Assembly: GCA_964016885.1 (NCBI GenBank)
Contig: OZ024743.1
Coordinates: forward strand, 10,726,001 to 10,790,000
DNA length: 64,000 nt
Reading direction: 5' to 3'
From: Eledone cirrhosa
Lineage: Eukaryota
Both the position numbers and the translations under genes were made by a program. Position 1 is the first letter of the stretch; each line of letters opens with the position of its first letter. A model generated the notes under the pieces. That model was not told where the DNA came from, did not search any database, and saw only the letters and a list, made by a program, of their open reading frames with translations. Positions 15,001 to 26,834 of this stretch are shown piece by piece.

Positions 15001-18000
15001 GGTATAAAGAGGGTGGTGGTTTGGTGTTGTTTCAACAGGTATAAATGAGGTGCTGGTTTGGTATTATTTCAACAGAGTATAAATAAGATGGTGATTTGGG
15101 GTTGTTTCAACAGGTATAAAGAAGGTGGTGGTTTGGTGTTGTTTCAACAGGTATAAATGAGGTGGTGGTTTGGTGTTGTTTCAACAGGTATAAACGAGGT
15201 GGTGGTTTGGTGTTGTTTCAACAGGTATAAATGAGGTGGTGGTTTGGTGTTGTTTCAACAGGTATAAATTTGGTGATGATTTGGTGTTATTTCAACAGGT
15301 ATAAATAAGGTGATGGTTTGGTGTTGTTTCAACAGGTATAAATGAGGTGGTGGTTTGGTGTTGTTTCAACAGGTATAAACGAGGTGGTGGTTTGGTGTTG
15401 TTTCAACAGGTATAAATGAGGTGGTGGTTTGGTGTTGTTTCAACAGGTATAAATTTGGTGATGATTTGGTGTTATTTCAACAGGTATAAATAAGGTGGTG
15501 GTTTGGTGTTGTTTCAACAGGTATAAAGGAGGTGGTGGTTTGGTGTTGTTTCAACAGGTATAAACGAGGTGGTGGTTTGGTGTTGTTTCAGCAGGTATAA
15601 ATAAGGTGGTGATTTGGTGTTGTTTAAACAGGTATAAATAAGGTGGTGGTTTGGTGTTGTTTAAACAGGTATAAATAAGGTGGTGGTTTGGTGTTGTTTC
15701 AACAGGTATAAATAAGGTGGTGTTTTGGTGTTATTTCAACAGGTATAAATTTGGTGGTGGTTTGCTGTTGTTTCAACAGGTATAAATAAGGTGGTGGTTT
15801 GTGTTGTTTCAACAGGTATAAATGAGGTGGTGATTTGGTGTTGTTTCAACAGGTACAAATAAGGTGGTGGTTTGGTGTTGTTTCAACAGGTATAAATGAG
15901 GTGGTGGTTTGGTGTTGTTTTAACAGGTATAAATTTGGTGATGGTTTGGTGTTGTTTCAACAGGTATAAATAAGGTGGTGGTTTGGTTTTATTTCAACAG
16001 GTATAAATATAGTGGTGGTTTGGTGTTGTTTCAAAAGGTATAAATAAGGTGGTGTTTTGGTGTTATTTCAACAGGTATAAATTTGGTGATGATTTGCTGT
16101 TGTTTCAACAGGTATAAATAAGGTGGGGGTTTGGGTTGTTTCAACAGGTATAAATGAGGTGGTGATTTGGTGTTGTTTCAACTGGTACAAATAAGGTGGT
16201 AGTTTGGTGTTGTTTCAACAGGTATAAATGAGGTGGTGATTTGGTGTTGTTTCAACAGGTATATATTTGGTGATGGTTTGGTGTTGTTTCAACAGGTATA
16301 AATAAGGTGATGGTTTGGTGTTGTTTCAACAGGTATAAATTTGGTGATGGTTTGGTGTTGTTTCAACAGGTATAAATGAGGTGGTGGTTTGGTGTTGTTT
16401 CAACCGGTATAAACTTTGTGGTGGTTTGGTCTTCTTTCAACAGGTATAAATGAGGTGGTGGTTTGGTTTTGTTTCAACAGGTATAAATGAGGTGGTGGTT
16501 TGGGGCTGTTTCAACAGGGATAAATGTGTTGATGGTTTGGTGTTTTTTCAACAGGTATAAATTTGGTGATGGTTTGGTGTTTTTTCAACAGGTATACATT
16601 TGGCGATAGTTTGGTGTTGTTTCAACAGGTATAAATGAGGTGGTGGTTTGGTGTTGTTTCAACAGGTATAAAGAGGGTGGTGGTTTGGTGTTGTTTCAAC
16701 AGGTATAAATGAGGTGCTGGTTTGGTATTATTTCAACAGAGTATAAATAAGATGGTGATTTGGGGTTGTTTCAACAGGTATAAAGAAGGTGGTGGTTTGG
16801 TGTTGTTTCAACAGGTATAAATGAGGTGGTGGTTTGGTGTTGTTTCAACAGGTATAAACGAGGTGGTGGTTTGGTGTTGTTTCAACAGGTATAAATGAGG
16901 TGGTGGTTTGGTGTTGTTTCAACAGGTATAAATTTGTTGATGATTTGGTGTTATTTCAACAGGTATAAATGAGGTGGTGGTTTGGTGTTGTTTCAACAGG
17001 TATAAATTTGGTGATGATTTGGTGTTATTTCAACAGGTATAAATAAGGTGGTGGTTTGGTGTTGTTTCAACAGGTATAAAGGAGGTGGTGGTTTGGTGTT
17101 GTTTCAACAGGTATAAACGAGGTGGTCGTTTGGTGTTGTTTCAACAGGTATAAAGGAGGTGGTGGTTTGGTGTTGTTTCAACAGGTATAAACGAGGTGGT
17201 GGTTTGGTGTTGTTTCAGCAGGTATAAATAAGGTGGTGATTTGGTGTTGTTTAAACAGGTATAAATAAGGTGGTGGTTTGGTGTTGTTTAAACAGGTATA
17301 AATAAGGTGGTGGTTTGGTGTTGTTTCAACAGGTATAAATAAGGTGGTGTTTTGGTGTTATTTCAAAAGGTATAAATGAGGTGGTGGTTTGGTGTTGTTT
17401 TAACAGGTATAAATTTGGTGATGGTTTGGTGTTGTTTCAACAGGTATAAATAAGGTGGTGGTTTGGTTTTATTTCAACAGGTATAAATATAGTGGTGGTT
17501 TGGTGTTGTTTCAAAAGGTATAAATAAGGTGGTGTTTTGGTGTTATTTCAACAGGTATAAATTTGGTGGTGATTTGCTGTTGTTTCAACAGGTATAAATA
17601 AGGTGGGGGTTTGGGTTGTTTCAACAGGTATAAATGAGGTGGTGATTTGGTGTTGTTTCAACAGGTACAAATAAGGTGGTAGTTTGGTGTTGTTTCAACA
17701 GGTATAAATGAGGTGGTGGTTTGGTGTTGTTTCAACAGGTAGAAATGAGGTGGTGTTTTGGTGTTGTTTTAACAGGTATAAATTTGGTGATTGTTTGGTG
17801 TTGTTTCAACAGGTATAAAGAAGGTGGTGGTTTGGTTTTATTTCAACAGGTATAAATAAAGTGATGATTTGGTTTATTTCAACAGGTATAAATAAGGTGG
17901 TGGTTTGGTGTTGTTTCAACAGGTATAAATAAGGTGGTGGTTCGGTGTTATTTCAACAGGTATAAATAAGGTGGTGGTTTGGTGTTATTTCAACAGGTAT

Positions 18001-19400
18001 AAATTTGGTGATGGTTTGGTGTTATTTCAATAGGTATAAAGAAGGTGGTGGTTTGGGTTGTTTCAAAAGGTATGAATGAGGTGGTGGGGTGTTGTTGTTT
18101 CAACAGGTATAAATTTGGTGATGGTTTGGTGTTGTTTCAAAATGTATAAATGAGGTGGTGTTTTGGTGTTGTTTCAACAGGTATAAATTTGGTGATGGTT
18201 TGTTGTTATTTCAATAGGTATAAAGAAGGTGGTGGTTTGGGTTGTTTCAAAAGGTATGAATGAGGTGGTGGGGTGTTGTTGTTTCAACAGGTATAAATTT
18301 CGTGATGGTTTGGTGTTATTTTAACAGGTATAAATAAGGTGGTGGTTTGGTGTTGTTTTAACAGGTATAAAGAAAGTGATGGTTTGGGTTGTTTCAACAG
18401 GTATAAAGAAGGTGGTGGTTTGGTGCTGTTTCAACAGGTATAAATTTGGTAATGGTTTATTGTTGTTTCAACAGGTATAAACTTTGTGGTGGTTTGGTGT
18501 TGTTTCAACAGGTATAAATTTGGTGATGGTTTGGTGTTATTTTAACAGGTATAAATAAGGTGATGGTTTGGGTTGTTTCAAAATGTATAAATGAGGTGGT
18601 GGTTTGGTGTTGTTTCAACAGGTCTAAATGAGGTGGTGGTTTGGTGTTGTTTCAACAGGTATAAATTTGTTGATGGTTTGGTGTTGTTTCAACAGGTATA
18701 AAGAAGGTGGTGGTTTGGTGTTGTTTCAACAGGTTTAAATGAGGTGGTGGTTTGGTGTTGTTTCAACAGGTATAAATTTGTTGATGGTTTGGTGTTGTTT
18801 CAACAGGTATAAAGAAGGTGGTGGTTTGGTGTTGTTTCAACAGGTTTAAATGAGGTGGTGGTTTGGTTTTGTTTCAACAGGTAGAAATGAGGTGGTGATT
18901 TGGTGTTGTTTTAACAGGTATAAATTTGGTGATGGTTTGGTGTTGTTTCAACAGGTATAAATAAGGTGGTGGTTTGGTGTTGTTTCAACAGGTATAAATA
19001 AGGTGGTGGTTTGGTGTTGTTTCAACAGGTATAAATAAGGTGGTGGTTTGAGGTTGTTTCAACAGGTATAAATAAGGTGGTGGTTTGAGGTTGTTTCAAC
19101 AGGTATAAATAAGGTGGTGGTTTGGGGTTGTTTCAACAGGTATAAATAAGGTGGTGGTTTGGGGTTGTTTCAACAGGTATATATTTGGTGGTGGCTTGGG
19201 GTTGTTTCAACAGTATAATTAAGGTGATGGTTTGGGGTTGTTTCAACAGGTATATATTTGGTGGTGGTTTGGTGTTGTTTCAACAGCTATAAAGGAGGTG
19301 GTTTCCAAATGTGTGAAAGTGGTGTCTGGTTATTGTTTTTACAAAAGGTGTGAATGTGGTGGTGGTTTGGTGTTGTTTCAACAGGTATGAATGTGGTGAT
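1..19400. repeat. 37-bp tandem satellite/minisatellite array (~520 units), consensus GGTGGTGGTTTGGTGTTGTTTCAACAGGTATAAATAA; runs off the left edge
   Basis: Uninterrupted head-to-tail units of 36-38 bp from base 1 to ~19290, then degenerate units to ~19400. The ORFs at 1898, 3963, 5127 and 10119 are translations of this unit. Confidence 0.98.
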
Positions 19401-22192
19401 AGGTTACTATGACTGAAAGATGGTAAAGAAGAAGATGATGATGATGCTCATGATGCTGAGTAAAACATGCATGAGTTTGATTACAATAATGATGACAATG
19501 ATGGTTATCATCATTTAAAAGGATACTGATCAAATTGTTAAAATGATACTGATCAGATCGTAAAAATTATATTTCCTTTGGTCTTCATCTTCTTGGCACC
19601 ATCTGCCAGTTGTATTTTCTGGCAGAAGTATCAGGATTTACCAATGACATTAGGTGAGATTTGAACTTAGAATATGCAGAAAGATGGAACATCAACAAAC
19701 ATTTTTTAAAATAGACCTTAATGTTAAATTAGCATAGCAAGAAGGAGATAAGGAAGAGGTCAATTAACACTTAGGAAGCTTGTTACTGCTATTACTCTGC
19801 TCCAAATTTCTAGAAAGTGCTATCATAACAAATAATATATGTGAGTACTTTAACTGAACACATAGATAATGTAGCATGTTGATTGAATGTAGATAGAAAA
19901 TGAAGAATTAAGTATCAATATAGACAACAAAGATTAGTTTGATATCGTAAATTTAATGTCATACTTATTCAACTTTGGTGCAAATTACTCAATGAGAATT
20001 TTTCAAATATTTATCATCAGATAATTAATTCCAAGATTTAAGCAATTTATCTTGAGAATATGCAATTTTCTTATTACAGCAAAGATCGATGAGATCTCAC
20101 TTCAACCTGCCTGCTCTCTGTGGGGCTTTTGACCCCCAATATTACTCTAGAGAGAGACTAATTTCTTTATTCTTACATAAGATTATTGAACTTACATTGT
20201 ATGCCATGTTGTATAACTTCTCTCATTACTAGTTTTAGACTTAAGGGAAATATACGTTATAGCGAATGTGATGTATAAGTGCTGGACTAAATATCCTTTG
20301 GTCGTGAGTTCAAACCTTACCATAGCTAGAGTTATGTAACCTGCTTGTCAGTGTGCTTGGCTTGCTAATAAACTCAACGTCTGAGCAGTTAAAAATCAAC
20401 CAGATGTTCAAAAATTGCTAAAAAAAATAAGCATAAAGTTCATAACAATCAACTGTGTATACTTTCATACCAGCATGGAAATAAGGACAGAAATTTTTTT
20501 TCAATCATCTAAGAAAATGAAACACCAATTGGAAGGGTTGATTAAACAGGTGTTCTTGTTTTCTTCTTCTTTTCTTTTTAGATTTTTATATACAATATAT
20601 ATTTTGCCATCTTTCCTCTTGAGTGAGCAAGTTGGTAACAAGAAATGAGACAATTAGTTGCACAGCTACTGTCTAGTGTATCACACAAGACACAAAACAA
20701 ACACTGTTATAACTTAAAGCACTACAATATCCATGTAACAAGAAGTTAAATTCTTTGGCATGGTCATACTGAAAGGAATTTGTTACCAAACAATTACTTT
20801 CCCCAAGACAAATTACAGCTATTAATTATGCAAATCAGTGAAAGGGATTTAAAGTAGTCACATAGCCAGCTATGATGAAGTGAAAATCTGCAGCATGTCC
20901 CACACCATTGTTTTATGAATGACATTTTCTAAGTTTTAAATCTTTAAATAAAGACTCCCTGATTAGAGTTTGATAGAACTTCTTTATTTTTTTATTGTTT
21001 CGATTATACTGAAATGGAATAACTCAGTAAACAGTAAATCCAATTCCAATGCCAGAATTATAAACTTTGCCTAAAAAGGCATCATACTCAGGGTAAAAAT
21101 GGGTTGAAAAAAGTTGAAGGAGTTATTACATCTGTTGGCAACAAACCGTTTTTTCTTCCAAGTAAGAGGCAGATTATATGATGCTTGTGGACAAACTTTA
21201 ATATTGCAATGAAACATGGGCAGAGAATGAGGTAAACATATTCCATGAAAGAGAAGAGAGTGTATTGGTAGAGATATGTGAGTTATATGAAAGATGCTAG
21301 TTGGGTAATGAAGAGCTAAGCAATCGATGAAGATATGGCAAGAAGTGATGATGGCTAATCTAATGAGACTGAACCTTACAAGTTGTCAAGGTACCAAATC
21401 ATGTAATGGGACACTGTGCTGTAGAATATCAATTGAACAAATGCAGGAAAGGAAAACAGACATGAAAATGATGATGGTGATGAGAATGATGAGAATGTAT
21501 TTAAGAGAGAAATAGAATAACAATCGTGTATCCGTTGGTTTCTGGCTGACTCTATTACTAGGCCATCTGCTGCTACTCTCTGTCAAAATTGACTAATTTT
21601 ACAGGTATAAACTACTACTTCTACCTCCACAATTATTTCATTTATTTCACATATTATATGTAGGACATTCCCACCCACCCTTCAGCACAGGCTAACCTAT
21701 CCTGCTACTGCCTGACTTGGTGATATATGACACTATGATTTGTTAATTATGACAGGAACTAATTGGTAAAACTTCTCAAGTGATAGATATAAGGTTCAAG
21801 TTTTTTCTATGTCCCAGGTTGGTGCTTATAATGTCTTATATCATTAATATTTAAATAGCTTTTAATTTATAATTATATATATAAATAGATAGATAGATAT
21901 ACTCATATATTATATGGAATTATACAATGTAGCTAGCCAAGGAGTCAGTTTAGATTTTGTAACTGGCATTCAATTTTATATATAGTCAACTCGCATTCAT
22001 CACTAGCATCTGCTGCATAAAACAGGCTAGTCTAATCACTCTATTTTATAGAATCTAAATATCAGCATAACTATGGAATTGATTCATAGTTCTCAATGGA
22101 ATTCACTTTCTTTTGTAAGAAAATAACTTTCAATAGAAACAAATTTCTACTTATAAACCCACACACATACACCTATATATATGTAGGTATAT

Positions 22193-22313
22193 ATTTGGTT
22201 TCCTTTCAGAATATAACTCAAGAGTTTAAACAAAGGCAAGTGATTTAGAAAATAGTCATAAATTACCTGCTTTTGTTTAAACTCTCAAGTTATATTCTCA
22301 AAGGAAACCAAAT
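22193..22313. repeat. Long inverted repeat/hairpin with 55-bp arms and an 11-nt loop
   Basis: ATTTGGTTTCCTTTCAGAATATAACTCAAGAGTTTAAACAAAGGCAAGTGATTTA (22193-22247) is the reverse complement of 22259-22313 with about 6 mismatches. Confidence 0.92.
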
Positions 22314-23068
22314 TCAACCTCTAGTGGCCATCTTTATTTTTATTTTTATTTTTATTTTTATTAAGACAGGCTGAATGAATTGGGGTCCAGAACCCAACGA
22401 AACTTAAGTACCTGTTTATGCCAGTGTTGTAACTATTTATTCTAAATTCGTCTTGGATATTTCTACCAAACTCTTACTACAGCATATATATATATTGACA
22501 TCATCAACAACATTTTACATCTGCTTCCCATGCTGGCATGTTTTGGACAGGTTGTTGAGACCAGAGAGGTTGGATCCATCCATCTTGCTCATATGGTTCA
22601 TATTTTGTATAGTTTTTATTCTTGACACCAATCACCTAACAATTTTTCTTCATGCCAATTCGAACAAATTTGGTGGTTTATTTCACAGCGCCAACACTAA
22701 CACTTTTCATGGTGTACTGAATGCATTTTATTGTAGCACTAGCATTAAATCAGTCGTCACATACTCATCCATGTTGAAGGGTCTTCTCAAATTCTGTTTG
22801 ATTGCCAACACTATAGCTTCCAGTCACTGATTGTAATTACTTTTAAAGTGATGATGCTTATTGAGGAAGACAGATTGTATCGTGGCACACCATCAGTCAG
22901 CTCCTCTGTCATATGCATCAGCTTCAGTTTCTTGTGCCCATTCTTTACACATGTGTGCAATATATGTAGTAACTAGATGCACACAAACCTCAGAAGGCCC
23001 ATCTTAATCAAGTCATTATTCACTAAAATACTCCATAAAAATTGATATTATTCTAAATTTATATTATA

Positions 23069-24016
23069 CTAGCAGTAAAGCCCGGCGTTGCTCGGGGTCG
23101 CTCAGTAGCTGTGTTAAAGTTAGAATGTTAAGTTTCTTTCTTGGCTTAAAAACTGTAGTGTCTACTGTGCAGACTTGCATGTGGTGTTTTTGATTAATAT
23201 TCCCTCAACCAACAATATGCCTTATGAAGTTAAGAAAACATAACGATAACCCGAATGTTATAACAAAAGAGGATGCTGGGGATAGAAACTGCACTGGTTA
23301 TTTATTAACAAAGATCGAAAATGTAAACACTGCAACGCAGAGAAAAACATTAGCGTAACCAAATTATCAGTTATGTCTGTCTGCACGCCTATATCACCTC
23401 TCTGCACGACTGTCTGTCTGCACGCCTATATCACCTCTCTGCACGACTATCTGTCTGCACGCCTATATCACCTCTCTGCATGACTGGCTGTCTGCACGCG
23501 TATATCACCTCTCTGCACGACAGTCTGTCTGCACGACTGTCTGTCTGCACGCCTAACGACGAAATATTTGCTTGTTTTACGTAGTCTTTAAATAGACTTG
23601 TTTTCAAGTAAAAATATTGTTTTAAAATGCTTTTAAATGGAAATGAAGCAAAACGGAAGCTTAGTGTTCGAACTGATGAATTTTGCAGGTCAATATTTTG
23701 CTGGCTCGACAACTGTTCGTGTATTGTGTTAATGTCATTTTAAACGCTGAGAAAGCCAGCGTAATTTTTTACGTAAGACGCTCAATGTAAACAGAACAAA
23801 GGGAAATAACTGATAACTTACGCTCAAAAATCGATACATTATATTCGATTTCGTCACATAGGGCAGGTCAATTTGAAATATTTTTTTTCCGATATCTTCA
23901 CTAGGGCTCAATGTACAAGTATAGCAATTTCGGTGCAATTCCGTGAGAGATTCTAAGAGGAGATGTGTGCCAAAAATCGATAGATAGACAGACAACCACA
24001 GTTTTATATATATAGA
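23069..24016 (-). mobile_element. Non-autonomous Helitron, 948 bp (Helitron A)
   Basis: The minus strand starts TCTATATATATAAAAC at 24016 and ends with the GC hairpin CCCGAGCAACGCCGGG, then CTTTACTG-CTAG at 23069. It is flanked by A and T with no TSD, matching canonical Helitron termini. Confidence 0.88.
23373..23555. repeat. 37-bp minisatellite (4-5 copies, CTGTCTGTCTGCACGCCTATATCACCTCTCTGCACGA) inside Helitron A
   Basis: ATATCACC recurs at 23391, 23428, 23465 and 23502 (period 37). This explains the repetitive ORF at 23431-23712. Confidence 0.93.
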
Positions 24017-24118
24017 TTAGACCACACGTGACACATTGGGTCACATTCACTTAAAAATAATTTTTAAATAATTAAAATATTCAGACATGTATATAATGTA
24101 AAATGAAACTGGAAGGCC

Positions 24119-24348
<230 letters not shown>

Positions 24349-24507
24349 CTTAGAAACCCTTAATATTCGCTACACACATCCAGTCCTAACACAAGTTAAA
24401 TTATACATATGAGTTAATATTCAGTCACCAAATTCAAGCTAGATACAGTAATGCTGTATTCATTCTTTCGAAGTCCCGTTTTATAATTTCATTCAACAAT
24501 ACCATCA

Positions 24508-24628
24508 GCTCTCTCTCTCTCTCTTCCATTTTCCTTCTCTGTCTCCTTCTCTCTCTCTCTCTCTGTCTTTCTTTCAATCTACTTTCTCACAACCACTATC
24601 TCTTTGTCTCTATCTTTCTCTCTCTCTA
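24508..24628. repeat. (CT)n-rich polypyrimidine tract
   Basis: Imperfect (CT)n runs seen directly. Confidence 0.85.
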
Positions 24629-24844
24629 TTTATGAAGGTATCTGGAAAAAAAACCGTATCTTGGGAACCTGTGCTTCGATTTATGCGAAACTTGTTTCAT
24701 TCCATTTGTATTCCCATTTCAGGGGCAACTTCCTTTCAAAGTATTTTCCCATTATGCACCGTTTTGGCTGTATTAAATTACAGACAAGACACAATCACAG
24801 AGTTTTAGTAGTATATAGATAGGTAGATATAAATAGAAATAATG

Positions 24845-24990
24845 GTTTCTAGTTTAGGCACAAAGCTAGCAATTTGGAGTAGAGGGAAAAGTCAAGTACA
24901 TCAAACCCCATGTTTGACAAATGCTATATTTTATAAACTCTTGGAAGATGAAAAGGAAAGTTGACCTCAACAGGACTTGAACTCAGAATG
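24845..24990 (-). mobile_element. Degenerate tRNA-derived SINE copy
   Basis: TTTAGGCACAAAGC...GATGAAAAGGAAAGTTGACCTC...TTGAACTCAGAA is the reverse complement of the family seen at 26467. Confidence 0.7.
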
Positions 24991-25111
24991 CATTCTAAAT
25001 CCCAATTAAAAGAAAGTCTGTAAACCATTTATATTACCTAACAGTGCATCTAATAAGTATAGCAAGGAAATGTAATGCATTCCTTTTTTTAAGCAAAGTG
25101 GAAGAAATATT

Positions 25112-25322
25112 TATTTCTAATTTAGGCACAAGGCCAGCAATCTTAGGAGAAAGTTAAAATTGATTGCATTGACCCCAGTACATAATTACTGCTTTATTTT
25201 ATCGACTCTGGAAGGATGAAAGGCAAAGTTGACTTCAGAGGGATTTGCAACTAGAATATAGAAAGTTGTGTCTAAATACTACAAAGCATTCTACCTGATG
25301 CTCTATTGATACAGCCAATTCA
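25112..25322 (-). mobile_element. Degenerate tRNA-derived SINE copy
   Basis: TTTAGGCACAAGGCCAGCAA...TTTTATCGAC...GGATGAAAGGCAAAGTTGAC, the reverse complement of the family core. Confidence 0.78.
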
Positions 25323-25849
25323 TGTCCCTAAAGTGAATGAAACATTAAATAAGATTTTAGCCACACTTATATACAACTTCATAGTTAAGGTGTTAAAGTA
25401 AGGTAATTTTTAGTGAGTGAGTTGTCAAACATAGATTGACACCAAATATGAGAGATCAATACATCATTTTATAGATTATGTTCATTTCTGTAAATGAGTG
25501 ATATATTGAAATAGAAACTGTCTATTATATTATGGTTTCTTTGTATCTAGTGATAACAATTCTTGATACGTTATAACATTGTTACATTTTTAGTAAAAAA
25601 AATAAAAAAGAGTGGATATTATTGCAATATCAGCTATTTTCTTAATTTGGCTATTTCTATGATTATATGCTTTTACATTGCTTGTAGTTTTATCTGTCAT
25701 TTTCTGAACATATATCTAAATGGTAATTTTTAATGATCTTCTCTGACTTTTGTTGATTTTTAGGGAGTATTTTGGTGTGTATGTATGTTTGTGTGTAGGG
25801 TCATGTGTGTGTGTATACATATGCATATATGTGAAAAAATATATAAATG

Positions 25850-25881
25850 TACATACACACAGACACACACACACACACACT

Positions 25882-25965
<84 letters not shown>
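25850..25965. repeat. (CA)n(TA)n microsatellite
   Basis: Dinucleotide runs seen directly. Confidence 0.97.
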
Positions 25966-25970
<5 letters not shown>

Positions 25971-26466
25971 TTGGATATATTGAGTTTTATTTGAAATTAT
26001 GGTGGTTAAAACTTTTGAAGCACTTTATTCTTATCATTTTTATTTTTCATTGGCTAAATTGATAAATAGATATTATAGCTTTATATAACTCATCAATCTT
26101 ATAGAATTTATTTCCTCCCTTAGAATCTATCTTCATTGATGCCAATATTTACCATAAATCATTTCTCTTAACATTGCCTTAGGAATACTAGAAGTATTCT
26201 GTTGATCTAATTTGAATTTTGACAGTAATTATAAGACTATTTCTCCTACTTTTTACAACTTCCAGAACATATGAATTCTGACAATACGTGTAGTTTATTG
26301 AGACAAACTAAATAATTAAAAATGTCTGCAATGAATGCATTTGTTTTTGAAATGAAGCAACTGCTTCTTAACAAATATAAACCCAAATAAAAAATGAGAA
26401 CTATTTTCTTCCCTTGTTTACCATAGTTATATACCAACATATATAGTTATATACCAACATTATATT

Positions 26467-26652
26467 GGCGGATTGGCAGTATTGGTAGAGCATCAGACAC
26501 CATGCTTTGCAGCGTAGAGTTATGGCCCTTTACGTTCTGAGTTCAAATCCCGCCGAGGTTAGCTTTGCCTTTCATCCGTCCGGGGTCGATAAAATAAAGT
26601 ACCAGTAATGCACTGGGGTAATTGTTGGCCTTGTGCCAAAAGTAGAAACAAT
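26467..26652 (+). mobile_element. tRNA-derived SINE with a conserved central domain
   Basis: A-box-like TGGCAGTATTGG, B-box-like GAGTTCAAATCC, core GCCTTTCATCC..GGGGTCGATAAAATAAAGTACCAG and tail TTGTGCCAAAAGTAGAAACAATTA. Multiple copies occur in the window. Confidence 0.88.
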
Positions 26653-26834
26653 TATATATCTATGTTCTCCAGTACACTAAATTAAAGGCGAGCAGCTCTA
26701 TATCATTGCTGGCCAGAATTCTCTCACCTCTGTTCAAACTGGCCGTAACTGACCACTCATATTGACGTTAAGGTATTGTTCTCAAAATAAATAACATCAA
26801 AATCTCATAGATTCGATATTATGTGAGATGATTA

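Noticed and set aside
1-19290. CRISPR array (37-bp repeat containing GTTTCAAC / GTTGAAAC and a short palindrome)
   Set aside because: Units are directly adjacent with no unique spacers, there are no cas genes, and the context is eukaryotic.
20255-20330. tRNA gene
   Set aside because: Only a B-box-like GAGTTCAAACC and weak stems are present; more likely a decayed SINE head.
22380-23000. ORF 22453-22830 or a transposase remnant
   Set aside because: No recognisable motif on either strand, and the minus-strand frames I read contain several stops.
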